Source: Candidatus Omnitrophota bacterium (lineage in GTDB: Bacteria; Omnitrophota; Gorgyraeia; Gygaellales; Profunditerraquicolaceae). From it: a stretch of DNA of 64,000 bases. The stretch is from assembly GCA_030650425.1 (NCBI GenBank), contig JAUSED010000008.1:68554-132553 (forward strand), given 5' to 3'. Of this stretch, positions 29,594 to 39,771 are shown in pieces; positions within the stretch are counted from its first letter, which is position 1, and every line of letters begins with the position of its first letter. Both the position numbers and the translations under genes were made by a program. The notes under the pieces are model-generated. The model worked only from the letters and a program-made list of their open reading frames with translations. It was not told the origin of the DNA and searched no databases.

Positions 29594-30549
29594 GGTTAAC
29601 GTTTCATTCAAGATCGCAAGCCATTAAGAATTGTTGGCGATTTATAAAAAGGGCAATTTTTTTTATCCAAAGCAAGCTAAGTAAGTTTATTATATGGTCA
29701 TCACAAATAACGAAAACCGAATTTAGGTTAAGGAATGAGATCAACCGCTATTATGATGATTTTTATTTGCGTAAAGATTTTTCGGAATATATCTCAAGAA
29801 TTTTTAATGGAAAATTGATTCATCTTGATGTGGGTTCACGAGGAGGTTCTTTAGAAATTACCAAAAAATATTCGAAATTTATGGAAATAATAATGTGCGA
29901 ACCTGAGAAGCGGGAAGCTAAAAAATTACGAGAAGAAGGATTTAAGGTAATTGATATGCCATTATCGAAGGATTGCCAAGAAGCGACCTTTTTTGAAACT
30001 CGTATGCCCGCCGGTTCTTCTATTTATAGGCCGCAAGGCCCTTATTTAGATTTTTATGATACTGAGCCGGATTGCTCTTTTCGCTATGAAATTATTAATC
30101 AGCGGGTTATTAACTGTTCTACTCTTTCGAAAGAGCTTTCTAATCTGGGAGTTTTAGATCTTGATTTCTTAAAAATAGATACCCAGGGGGCGGAATTAGA
30201 TGTCTTGATGGGATTAGGAAAATATCGGCCCTTAATTATGCAGGTGGAAATTGAATATTTGCCTTTATATCATAATATGCCAAATGCTTATCAGGTTTGT
30301 CAGTATCTTTTTGAATTAGGCTACATACCTTTTACACTGACATCGCATAATGCCAGGGCCTTATGCCCTATTTGGGGGGATGGCTTTTTTATGCCTAGTT
30401 GGGTAGACCCTAAGGGGATTGAGTTAATTCAAGCCAGAGAAGAAAAGTATATTGCATTAATGCTTATGTTTGGGCAGTTAACTATACTTAAATTTGTTAA
30501 TGAGAAGATTAAGCTGCGCAACGCTAGTTTTATTAAATCATTTAATTAA
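29590..30549 (+). CDS. FkbM-family methyltransferase
   Basis: LDFLKIDTQGAELDVLMG, the signature FkbM block. GTG start overlapping the upstream stop. Confidence 0.65.
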   Translation: MRLTFHSRSQAIKNCWRFIKRAIFFIQSKLSKFIIWSSQITKTEFRLRNEINRYYDDFYLRKDFSEYISRIFNGKLIHLDVGSRGGSLEITKKYSKFMEIIMCEPEKREAKKLREEGFKVIDMPLSKDCQEATFFETRMPAGSSIYRPQGPYLDFYDTEPDCSFRYEIINQRVINCSTLSKELSNLGVLDLDFLKIDTQGAELDVLMGLGKYRPLIMQVEIEYLPLYHNMPNAYQVCQYLFELGYIPFTLTSHNARALCPIWGDGFFMPSWVDPKGIELIQAREEKYIALMLMFGQLTILKFVNEKIKLRNASFIKSFN

Positions 30550-30558
30550 GAGATACAT

Positions 30559-32370
30559 ATGTTTTCTTCAGCAAGAAAAATATTAAGTTTATTGACGATC
30601 GGCGGCCGAAAGAAATTCTTTTGGTTAATGGCGGCTACTATTGTTATGGCTTTCCTTGATATGATTGGGGTAGCTTCAATATTTCCATTTTTAAGCTTGA
30701 TTTCTAATCCCGAAGCAATTCATACAAATTTAAAATTAAAATGGGTTTATGATACATTTCAATTTACAAACAAAGATAGTTTTCTTATAACTTTGGGTGT
30801 ATTTTCATTTGCTCTTTTGGTAATTAACAACGTTCTTCGAGCCAATATAGCAATGGCATTGCTTCGGTTTACCTGGTATATACGTTATGTTATTTCAAAA
30901 GATTTATTTTCAAAGTATCTTTTTGAACCATATGTATTCTTTCTTAATCGAAATACTTCAGAGCTTACGGCTTATTTGGCTTCAGAGGTGGCTCGGGTTG
31001 TAAGCAGCGTACTTATTCCGGCTGTGCAAGTATGCGCGCAATTTTTGCTTGTTTTGTTGATACTTGTGTTACTAATAATAGTTAATCCGATTATAGCAGT
31101 AGTTGTTTTTATGGTTATTGGCGGCGGGTATGCCATAATTTACGTTTTTACGAAAAAGCGGCTTTCACAAACTGGAAAGAACCTATCAAGGTACAGTAAA
31201 GAAATATTTAAAGCCCTTAATGAAACTTTTGGGGGGATAAAAGAGATTAAACTTTCAGGAAAAGAAGCAGTGTTTATAGAAAAATTTTCTATTCCTACTA
31301 AAAAAAGCGTTAACTGTTATTGCTCTCAATTTTTGATTTCTCAAGTCCCTAAATATGCTTTTGAAGTTTTAGCATTTGGAGGGATATTATTTATTGCGGT
31401 TTATATTGCAATTATTAAAAAAGAACCTCAACAAGTTTTTCCTCTTGTGGGCTTGTACGCGCTAGCCGCATACCGTTTATTTCCTGCGATGCAGCAAGTG
31501 TTTAGCGAACTTACTTCAATACAGTTTGGGTATACCGCATTTGAAAATGTGTATCAAGATTTTCATAATCGTACAAGAAGAAAACACGAAGAAAGAATAG
31601 TTCCTGCGCTAGCGTTGCCTTTTTTAAACGGTATTGAATTTAGAAATTTGGCATTCACTTATCCCAACGCACAAAAACCCGTTATTGAAAATCTTAATTT
31701 CATTATTAAGGCAAATACAACTGTCGGCTTAGTGGGGGGGTCAGGAGCGGGCAAGACTACAATGGTTGATATTTTACTTGGTTTATTGCGCCCCCAAAAG
31801 GGAGAACTCGTTGTAGATGATACGATAATCAGTGACGATAATCTTTTTTCATGGCAGGCTAATATTGGTTATGTTACTCAACATATTTATTTGTGTGATG
31901 ATACTATTACCCGAAATATCGCTTTTGGCGTCCCGGATCAAGAGATTGACCATCAGGCTGTAAAGCGCGCGGCCAAGTTAGCGAATATCGATGATTTTGT
32001 CGTTAATGAGCTTCCTTATGGTTATGATACGGAAATTGGCGAGCGGGGCGTGCGTCTTAGCGGAGGGCAAAGGCAGCGGATAGGTATTGCCAGGGCAATG
32101 TATTACAACCCATCATTACTGGTGTTTGATGAGGCGACAAGCGCGCTTGACGGAATTACGGAAGGAATTATCTTAGAAGCAATTCACAATTTAGCGCATC
32201 AGAAAACTATTATCATCATTGCGCATAGGTTTAGCACGGTTAAAGAGTGTGACGTAATTTATATGCTGGAAAGGGGAAAAATCGTTGGGCAGGGTACGTA
32301 CGCGCAGCTTTTAGATGACAATGAACAATTTCGTCAAATGGCCAAGGTAACTTTAAGAAAGAACGATTAG
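30559..32370 (+). CDS. ABC transporter, fused permease/ATPase (type-1 exporter)
   Basis: Six-helix TMD followed by Walker A GGSGAGKTT, signature LSGGQRQR, Walker B LLVFDEATSALD. Confidence 0.88.
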   Translation: MFSSARKILSLLTIGGRKKFFWLMAATIVMAFLDMIGVASIFPFLSLISNPEAIHTNLKLKWVYDTFQFTNKDSFLITLGVFSFALLVINNVLRANIAMALLRFTWYIRYVISKDLFSKYLFEPYVFFLNRNTSELTAYLASEVARVVSSVLIPAVQVCAQFLLVLLILVLLIIVNPIIAVVVFMVIGGGYAIIYVFTKKRLSQTGKNLSRYSKEIFKALNETFGGIKEIKLSGKEAVFIEKFSIPTKKSVNCYCSQFLISQVPKYAFEVLAFGGILFIAVYIAIIKKEPQQVFPLVGLYALAAYRLFPAMQQVFSELTSIQFGYTAFENVYQDFHNRTRRKHEERIVPALALPFLNGIEFRNLAFTYPNAQKPVIENLNFIIKANTTVGLVGGSGAGKTTMVDILLGLLRPQKGELVVDDTIISDDNLFSWQANIGYVTQHIYLCDDTITRNIAFGVPDQEIDHQAVKRAAKLANIDDFVVNELPYGYDTEIGERGVRLSGGQRQRIGIARAMYYNPSLLVFDEATSALDGITEGIILEAIHNLAHQKTIIIIAHRFSTVKECDVIYMLERGKIVGQGTYAQLLDDNEQFRQMAKVTLRKND

Positions 32371-32376
32371 GGAAAT

Positions 32377-34521
32377 ATGGCGGTTAATTCAAGGAAAAAA
32401 ATTTTAATTACAGGCGCGAGCGGAGTTTTAGGCAGCAACCTCACGTTTTTCTTTAAAGATTATTTTGATGTTATCGGAGTTTATCATTCGCATCCTGTTT
32501 CTATGGCTGCGGCAGAAATGGTTCAGGCGGACCTTTGTGATGCGAGAATAGTTACAGGCTTGGTAGTAAAGTATAAACCAGATGTTATTATTCATTGTGC
32601 CGCGCAGGTGGATGTAGATGCCTGTGAGGAGAATCCTAAGCTTGCGCATCGAAAGAATGTGGAGATGACGCGTAATATTGTTAATGCCATAAGAAACCGG
32701 AAGGCCAAATTAGTTTTCATTTCAACGGATCTTGTTTATGGCCCATCAAACAGGCCTCATAAAGAAGAGGATGTTCTTTTGCCATGCAATGAATATGGCC
32801 GCACCAAAGTTTTGGCGGAGGAAGTTGTCCTCAAGAGAAAAGGCGCACTTGTTTTAAGAACAAATTTTTTTGGATGGAGTGTTGGTGGAAGAAAGAGCCT
32901 TGGGGAATGGGTGATTGAATCTTTGAGCCAGAATGTTCGAATCCAGGGGTTTAAAGATGTCCATTTTTCTTCTATCTATACGTTTGATCTAGCGGAAATT
33001 CTAAGTCGGTGCTTACGAAAGAATTTAAGCGGAGTGTTTAATCTGGGATCAGCCACTTCTTTATCTAAATATGAGTTTTTGAGAAGTATAGGGAATTCTC
33101 TATCTCTCAACGTCTCTTTGGTTGATAAGATCTCTGTTGATGATTTACCTTTACGCGCGGCGCGCAACAAGAATACCATAATGGATATCCGCAAAATCTC
33201 TATGGCGCTGGGTATAAAACTTCCTACTCTGGAAGATTCTCTTGAGCACTTTGTGGTTCATTATCGTAAAGGGATGTCTCGAGTAATTTGTGGGTCAGAG
33301 GCCTGTTATCCCGAATTAGACTATATTCCTTACGGACGGCAGTGGATTGATGAAGAAGATATTAACGCGGTTGTTCAAGTGCTTAAATCGCCCAATTTAG
33401 CTCAAGGCCCAAAAATTATTGAGTTTGAGTATGCTCTTGCGCAATATGCTGGCGCGGAATATTGCGCGGCGCTTAATTCAGGAACATCCGCCCTTCACGC
33501 GGCGTGTCTTGCTATTGGCATTAAGAAGGGCGACGAAGTTATCACGTCCGCGAATACTTTTGTGGCATCGTCCAATTGTGTTGTTTATTGCGGGGGGACT
33601 CCTATTTTCGCGGATATAGACCTTAAAACATACAATCTTTCTCATCTTGATGTTGAAAAAAAGATTACAGCAAGGACCAAAGCTGTTATTCTTGTTCATT
33701 TTGCCGGGCAGAGCTGTGATATGCAGGTTCTTTGTTCAGTGGTGCGTAAAAAAGAAAAGCAATTTGGACGAAAAATCTATATTATCGAAGATGCTTCTCA
33801 TGCTTTGGGGTCTTGTTATAAGAAGGCCCCGGTAGGAAATTGCCGGTTTTCAGATATGGCGGTTTTAAGTTTTCATCCGGTTAAACATATTACAACTGGG
33901 GAAGGAGGAGCTGTTTTAACGAATAGCAAAGAGATGTATCGCAAGGTCTGTTATTTTCGTTCTCATGGGATCACCGGATTCCCAGAGGAACTCACGAATC
34001 AACCAGAGGGATTTGAGGAAGTGCGCAATAGAGGGCTAATGAAAAAACCATGGTATTATGAACAGCTTTATCTTGGGTATAATTATCGCATCACCGATAT
34101 TCAGTGTGCTTTGGGTATATCTCAACTACGTAAATTAGCCATGTTTAAGGAGCGCCGCCGGCAGATTTGGGATTTTTATAATCGTTGTTTTAAAAATGAA
34201 GGACTTTTAGTTATTCCTTATGAAAGTCAGGATGCGGATAGTAATTTTCATCTGTATGTGGTATTGATTGATTTCGTGGCTCTAAATAAAACCCGGACAG
34301 AAGTAATGCTGGCATTAAAAGATTTTGGCGTCGGTACCCAAGTTCACTATATTCCGGTGTATACACATCCATTTTATCGCGATCGATTTAACGGGACTTG
34401 GGGAGATTGCCCTAATGCTGAAAAATATTATAAAAAATGTCTTTCTCTTCCTATTTTTCCAGCAATGAAAGATAGGGATGTCAGAAAAGTAATTGAGTCT
34501 ATTTATAAGGTCCTAAATTAG
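32377..34521 (+). CDS. fusion protein: RmlD-like NAD(P) reductase domain (N-terminal) + DegT/DnrJ/EryC1 PLP-dependent sugar aminotransferase (C-terminal, PseC-like)
   Basis: N-terminal ILITGASGVLGSNL...FISTDLVYG...YGRTKVLAE. C-terminal IIEDASHALGS, FHPVKHITTGEGGAV, SNFHLYVV. 714 aa. Confidence 0.7.
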   Translation: MAVNSRKKILITGASGVLGSNLTFFFKDYFDVIGVYHSHPVSMAAAEMVQADLCDARIVTGLVVKYKPDVIIHCAAQVDVDACEENPKLAHRKNVEMTRNIVNAIRNRKAKLVFISTDLVYGPSNRPHKEEDVLLPCNEYGRTKVLAEEVVLKRKGALVLRTNFFGWSVGGRKSLGEWVIESLSQNVRIQGFKDVHFSSIYTFDLAEILSRCLRKNLSGVFNLGSATSLSKYEFLRSIGNSLSLNVSLVDKISVDDLPLRAARNKNTIMDIRKISMALGIKLPTLEDSLEHFVVHYRKGMSRVICGSEACYPELDYIPYGRQWIDEEDINAVVQVLKSPNLAQGPKIIEFEYALAQYAGAEYCAALNSGTSALHAACLAIGIKKGDEVITSANTFVASSNCVVYCGGTPIFADIDLKTYNLSHLDVEKKITARTKAVILVHFAGQSCDMQVLCSVVRKKEKQFGRKIYIIEDASHALGSCYKKAPVGNCRFSDMAVLSFHPVKHITTGEGGAVLTNSKEMYRKVCYFRSHGITGFPEELTNQPEGFEEVRNRGLMKKPWYYEQLYLGYNYRITDIQCALGISQLRKLAMFKERRRQIWDFYNRCFKNEGLLVIPYESQDADSNFHLYVVLIDFVALNKTRTEVMLALKDFGVGTQVHYIPVYTHPFYRDRFNGTWGDCPNAEKYYKKCLSLPIFPAMKDRDVRKVIESIYKVLN

Positions 34522-34545
34522 GCCCTTTATAAAAGGGGGTAATCG

Positions 34546-36156
34546 TTGAGGGTTCTTTTGGTAGTTCCTGATTATGGAACTAGGAAGTATTTTATGCCGG
34601 TAGGCATTATGTATGTTTCTGCTTATTTAAAACAACAGAAGCATGATGTTATTTGCCTTAATCAAAATCATTATCCAGCTGGCCGTCTTAAAGAGTTGTT
34701 GCAAGAAATGCCTTTTGATGTGGTTGCGACCGGAGGACTTTTTGTCGATATTGTTATTTGTCAGAATGTTATTCGAACCGTTCGAGAATACGATCCCAAC
34801 ATAAAAGTGATTTTGGGAGGAGCTATTGCTTCTGCTGACCCGGAGTTTATTATGGGAGAATTGAAGCCGGATTTTTTAGTGATTGGTGAAGGAGAACGGA
34901 CAGCGGATTTACTTTTGAAGGCATTAGAAAATAGAACGTCTCTACGGCAGGTCAATGGTATTGGATTTATCGAAGAGGGAAAGTTGGTAAAAACGCCTCC
35001 GACTTCCTTGATTAAGGATCTTGATACTCTTCCTTTACCGGATTACGAAGGATTTGAATATAATGATTATTTAGATCGAGTTTCTTCGCGTAATCCACAA
35101 CTTTGCTCTATTCGAGGTAATGATCATATGGTAAGGATGGCTCCTGTGTTCTCTAGCCGTGATTGTGTAGCTAAGTGCACGTTTTGCTACCGGCTCATGG
35201 GAGGCAAGTACCGTCTTCGTTCCATTCGCAATGTTATTCGTGAGATTCATTATTTGGTAGATCGTTACAAGGTCAATGAAATTTCTGTTCTTGATGAGAT
35301 GTTCGTGACAGGGAAAGATCGAATTCAGGAGTTTTGTGAGGCTATCAAACCGCTGGGGATTCCTTGGCAGTGTCAGTCGCGAGTGACGGCGGTTAATGAT
35401 GAGATTTTAATAATGATGAAAGAATCGGGATGTTATTTTATTAGTTATGGTTTTGAGAGCGGAAGCCCGACCGTCTTAAAAAGTATGCGCAAGGGAGTTT
35501 CGCCGGAAAGTATGGAGCGGGCGATCAGGTCTACGCAAAAGGCTCGGATGGCGATTCAGGGAAATTTTATTTTTGGTGATCCGGCAGAGACGATGGCCAC
35601 AGCTAGAGAAACAATTCAATTCTCGAGAAAATTTGAGCGCCTTTTTTTGGGGTATGGATTTATTTTTCCTTATCCAGGAACGGAACTTTATAGCAGGCTG
35701 GTCTTACAGGGAAAGATGCCTGATCGGCGGTTATTTTATGAATGCCCCGGGCATAAGTTTTATAATATGACGAACCTGTCAGATATTGATTTTCAGGTAT
35801 TAGTTATGAAGGTCCGGGTTGAACAATTTCGTCGTAACTTACTTTCATCAGGCAAAATTCTCAGTTTAAAGAAAAAGGAGAAGGGTTGGTATTTAATTGA
35901 TTTTCGTTGTCACCATTGCGGCGGTGACAACCCTGGGTGCCTGATGGAGTCTTCCGGGAAGAATATAATAATATGTAAATATTGTTATCAACGGAATGGA
36001 TTTGATCGTGCTGACATCAGGTTTGGAGATGCCCGGGCATTTATCAAAAAGATTCTTTTCTTTTATGTGATGTCGATTCCGGGTTCCTTGTTTTTTTTTA
36101 AGGCTCGTTGTTACTTACGCAATATGAAGGCATGGTTAAAAAAAGGATGTGTATAA
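34546..36156 (+). CDS. cobalamin-binding (class B) radical SAM protein
   Basis: N-terminal B12-binding-like domain (VLLVVPD...GGLF); CVAKCTFC; extra C-terminal Cys (CHHCGG...CKYCYQ). Confidence 0.65.
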   Translation: MRVLLVVPDYGTRKYFMPVGIMYVSAYLKQQKHDVICLNQNHYPAGRLKELLQEMPFDVVATGGLFVDIVICQNVIRTVREYDPNIKVILGGAIASADPEFIMGELKPDFLVIGEGERTADLLLKALENRTSLRQVNGIGFIEEGKLVKTPPTSLIKDLDTLPLPDYEGFEYNDYLDRVSSRNPQLCSIRGNDHMVRMAPVFSSRDCVAKCTFCYRLMGGKYRLRSIRNVIREIHYLVDRYKVNEISVLDEMFVTGKDRIQEFCEAIKPLGIPWQCQSRVTAVNDEILIMMKESGCYFISYGFESGSPTVLKSMRKGVSPESMERAIRSTQKARMAIQGNFIFGDPAETMATARETIQFSRKFERLFLGYGFIFPYPGTELYSRLVLQGKMPDRRLFYECPGHKFYNMTNLSDIDFQVLVMKVRVEQFRRNLLSSGKILSLKKKEKGWYLIDFRCHHCGGDNPGCLMESSGKNIIICKYCYQRNGFDRADIRFGDARAFIKKILFFYVMSIPGSLFFFKARCYLRNMKAWLKKGCV

Positions 36157-36162
36157 AATATC

Positions 36163-37479
36163 ATGAATCTTCAAAAATCGCAGGAGTGCCAAAATAAAGC
36201 CCGTAAATTAATACCCGGTATGACACAGCTTTTGTCCAAACGGCCGGATATGTTTTCGCTTGGTGTGTGGCCAACGTATTACAGTAAGTCCAAAGGCGCG
36301 AAAGTTTGGGATTTAGACGGTAATGTTTATATTGATATGAGTATTGCTGGTATTGGGGCTAATATTCTTGGTTACGCTGATCAGGATATTAATGCCGCGG
36401 TAATTGACGCGATTAAGAACGGTTCAAGTTCATCGTTGAATTGTCCGGAGGAAGTTGATCTTGCGGAAGAATTGTGTAGTTTGCATCCTTGGGCGCAGAT
36501 GGTCCGTTTCGCGCGTAGTGGCGGCGAGTCTATGGCGGTTGCGGTGCGTATTGCGCGGGCGCATACCGGCCGTGATCTTGTGGTGATTTGTGGTTACCAC
36601 GGCTGGCATGACTGGTATCTAGCCGCTAATCTTGGTACCGAGAACGCTTTGGGAGAGCATCTTATTCCTGGATTAAGCCCAACCGGCGTGCCAAAAGCGC
36701 TTAAAGGCACAACGTTAACATTTAAATATAATGATATCGATAGTCTTAAAACGGTGATTGCCGCGCATAAGGGTGAGGTTGCGGCTATTGTTATGGAGCC
36801 GGTGCGTAATATCCAGCCTACGCAGGGTTTTTTGCAGGGTGTTAGATTGCTGACTGATCAGGCAGGCGCTATATTTATTTTTGATGAAATTTCATCAGGT
36901 TTTCGTTTGAATTGTGGTGGGGCGCATATTCTTTACGGGGTTGATCCGGATATAGCAGTTTTTTCAAAGGCTTTGGGCAATGGTTATCCTATTGCGGCTA
37001 TTATTGGCCGTGCCTTCGTTATGGAGTCGGCGCAGAAAAGTTTTATCAGCAGCACGATGTGGACGGAACGTATTGGCCCTGTTGCGGCATTGGCAATGAT
37101 AAAGAAGTTTCGCGCTTTTAAAGCGCACGAGCATCTAATGGAAATAGGGAGGTTGGTCCAGAAGGGTTGGGAGGTTGTTAGTAAGCGTCATGGCTTGCCG
37201 GTTAAGATTTCTGGAATCTATCCGCTTGGTCATTTTGTTTTTGATGATCAGGATCAGCCGGTTATGAAAGCATTTTTTGTGCAGGAAATGCTGGCGAAAG
37301 GATTTTTGGCATCGAACGTTTTTTATTCCATGTTAGCGCATACCAAAGAAGATGTTGAGGCATATTTGATGGCGGCGGATGAGGTGTTTGGGCGCATTAG
37401 GCAGTTAAAAGATAGCGGTAGACTGCGCTCCGCGCTGAAAGGCGAGCCGTCAGCTTCGGGTTTTAAGCGGATGACTTAA
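36163..37479 (+). CDS. class III aminotransferase (glutamate-1-semialdehyde 2,1-aminomutase-like)
   Basis: GSA-aminomutase-like layout with FDEISSGFR. 438 aa. Confidence 0.75.
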   Translation: MNLQKSQECQNKARKLIPGMTQLLSKRPDMFSLGVWPTYYSKSKGAKVWDLDGNVYIDMSIAGIGANILGYADQDINAAVIDAIKNGSSSSLNCPEEVDLAEELCSLHPWAQMVRFARSGGESMAVAVRIARAHTGRDLVVICGYHGWHDWYLAANLGTENALGEHLIPGLSPTGVPKALKGTTLTFKYNDIDSLKTVIAAHKGEVAAIVMEPVRNIQPTQGFLQGVRLLTDQAGAIFIFDEISSGFRLNCGGAHILYGVDPDIAVFSKALGNGYPIAAIIGRAFVMESAQKSFISSTMWTERIGPVAALAMIKKFRAFKAHEHLMEIGRLVQKGWEVVSKRHGLPVKISGIYPLGHFVFDDQDQPVMKAFFVQEMLAKGFLASNVFYSMLAHTKEDVEAYLMAADEVFGRIRQLKDSGRLRSALKGEPSASGFKRMT

Positions 37480-38367
37480 ATGACCGATAGATTAGTTCTT
37501 GGCACTGTTCAATTGGGCATGCCATATGGTATTAGCAATAAAACTGGAAAGCCGGATTTTAATAGTGCATGCGATATGATTAAAACGGCTTTTGATCAAG
37601 ATATTGCATGTTTTGATACCGCCCAGGCTTACGGGGATAGCGAAGAGGTTTTGGGAAGAGTCTTTGCTAAACTTAAGGTAGGCGCGCAGGTAAAGGTTTA
37701 TAGTAAATTGCATCCGCGGCTTGATTTGCATGACGAAGACGCCGTTAGGCAATCAGTTGAGGATTCTTTGCGCAAGCTTAATATGGACCAGCTTGAAGGT
37801 TTGTTGTTGCATGGCGAAGATGGGATACGATTTTGGGATGAAGGGTTGGGCAATGTGTTGAGGGGATTGGTTATCCGGGGGAAAGTGAAGTTGATCGGTG
37901 TTTCGTTTTATACTCCAGAAAAAGCCCTTGATGCTTTGGATGTTGACGGAATCGACATGATACAGGTGCCAGCCAATATATTTGACCGTCGGTTTGAGGA
38001 TGCCGGTGTCTTTAGAAAGGCTCAAGAGCGCGGTAAAGAAGTTTTTATACGTAGCGTGTTTCTTCAGGGCCTTCTTCTGATGGAACCGGAGGCTATCCCT
38101 GAGAAGGTGTGGCTGGCAAGAAGAGCGGTGGCTGAGTTCGCAAAGCTTGCTTCTGTGTGGCGGTTAGATCGTAAAGAGCTGGCCTTAAGATATGTGTTGA
38201 GCAAATGGCGGTATGCGCGGGTAGTCGTTGGAGCAGAAACTGCGCAGCAGGTGGCAGAAAACGTCAAGATCGCTATTCAAGATTTACCCCAGGAATGCAT
38301 GCATCAAATTGATAAGGCATTTAAAAGAGTAGAGCAGAAAATTATTAACCCCGCTGAATGGGCGTAA
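37480..38367 (+). CDS. aldo/keto reductase
   Basis: LVLGTVQLGMPYG; DTAQAYGDSEEVLG. Confidence 0.7.
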   Translation: MTDRLVLGTVQLGMPYGISNKTGKPDFNSACDMIKTAFDQDIACFDTAQAYGDSEEVLGRVFAKLKVGAQVKVYSKLHPRLDLHDEDAVRQSVEDSLRKLNMDQLEGLLLHGEDGIRFWDEGLGNVLRGLVIRGKVKLIGVSFYTPEKALDALDVDGIDMIQVPANIFDRRFEDAGVFRKAQERGKEVFIRSVFLQGLLLMEPEAIPEKVWLARRAVAEFAKLASVWRLDRKELALRYVLSKWRYARVVVGAETAQQVAENVKIAIQDLPQECMHQIDKAFKRVEQKIINPAEWA

Positions 38368-38391
38368 AAATATCGGAGGCAAAAAGTTATC

Positions 38392-39771
38392 ATGAAAGAG
38401 AAGGTTGTTTTATTTTATCCGAGTTTCACAGGCAGCGGTAAATATCATTGGGCGCCATTCCCCTATATTTATTTAGGGCCTTTCTTGGAGAAGGAGGGGT
38501 TTGAAGTCCGGGTGATTGACGCCCGCGTGGATTCGCAATGGAGAATCGTTCTTAAGCGCGCCTTGGACGGTGCCCTTTGCCTAGGGGTTACCTCAATGAC
38601 TGGGCCGGATTATAATGATGCCGTCGAGGCTACGCGTATTGCCAAGGCGATAGATTCTTGGTTCCCTGTGATCTGGGGAGGCCCCCAGGCAACGGATCAG
38701 ACCAGCCTTATCGCGGATATTGCCAGCGTCGATGTAGTGGTCAGGGGGCAGGGAGAGATTGTTTTACGGGAATTTGTTCAGAGGCTTGCTGCGGGCAAGC
38801 CGTATAATGACCTGAAGGGGATTGTGTATAAACACGGGGGAGTTGTTTACGAAAATAAGCCGGCCGAACCGATCCCGTTTGATTATGATATTTTTGAAGG
38901 TTGGCATCTTTTGGATATTGAAAAATACCGTTCCCCGAACAATATTGTTGCTATTTTTACAGCCAGAGGTTGCCCGTTCTCCTGCACTTTTTGCACTACC
39001 GGGGCAAAATCATATTCTGAGCGCAGCTTTGAACAGGTTCAAAGACAGGTTCTATATGTTGTTAATGACCTTAAGTTTGACAACATTTTCATTCAGGATG
39101 GGACTTATTTTTTTAATAAGGACAGGGTTCTAAAAATAGCTCGTTGGTTTGTTGACGTTAACCTGAATATTAAGTGGAAGGCCAAGGCGCGTGCGAATAC
39201 GTTGTTCATCTATTCTGATGAAGAAATGCGCCTATTGAAGAAGTCAGGCCTTGTTTCGATATTCTTTGGAATGGAGTCAGGCTCTGATAAGGTATTGAAG
39301 AATATGAATAAGAATATTAAATCACAAGACGCGGAAAGAAGCGCTAAGATTTGCCGCAGCCATGGCATAGAATTTTATGCATCGTATATGTTCGCTACGC
39401 CTTATGAAACAGTTGAAGACCTTAAAGCTACGATTGAGAGTATGAGACGCATTAAGCAAGTTAATCCAGATGCAGTCATCCAAAATTGTATTTATCTGCC
39501 GCTTCCGGGGACGCCGATGTATGAGCAGGCGCGAGCCTGCGGGTTTGTCCCTCACCTGACTATTGAGGAATGGGGGAACCGGAAGGTAGCGACACACTTT
39601 GATTCAAAAGATTTGGTTACTTGGATTCCCGAAGATATCCTACAGGAGTATATCAAGGTTTATTCACAGGAATTCACGGGTTATAAAAATCTGTGGGAGC
39701 GTGAACTCGATGGTTCATATAAATCGGTATTTAATTCGCCTTCTGGCTCAGAAATGGAGGCTGAAGGTTAA
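38392..39771 (+). CDS. cobalamin-binding (class B) radical SAM protein
   Basis: VVLFYPSF...; ARGCPFSCTFC. Confidence 0.7.
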   Translation: MKEKVVLFYPSFTGSGKYHWAPFPYIYLGPFLEKEGFEVRVIDARVDSQWRIVLKRALDGALCLGVTSMTGPDYNDAVEATRIAKAIDSWFPVIWGGPQATDQTSLIADIASVDVVVRGQGEIVLREFVQRLAAGKPYNDLKGIVYKHGGVVYENKPAEPIPFDYDIFEGWHLLDIEKYRSPNNIVAIFTARGCPFSCTFCTTGAKSYSERSFEQVQRQVLYVVNDLKFDNIFIQDGTYFFNKDRVLKIARWFVDVNLNIKWKAKARANTLFIYSDEEMRLLKKSGLVSIFFGMESGSDKVLKNMNKNIKSQDAERSAKICRSHGIEFYASYMFATPYETVEDLKATIESMRRIKQVNPDAVIQNCIYLPLPGTPMYEQARACGFVPHLTIEEWGNRKVATHFDSKDLVTWIPEDILQEYIKVYSQEFTGYKNLWERELDGSYKSVFNSPSGSEMEAEG

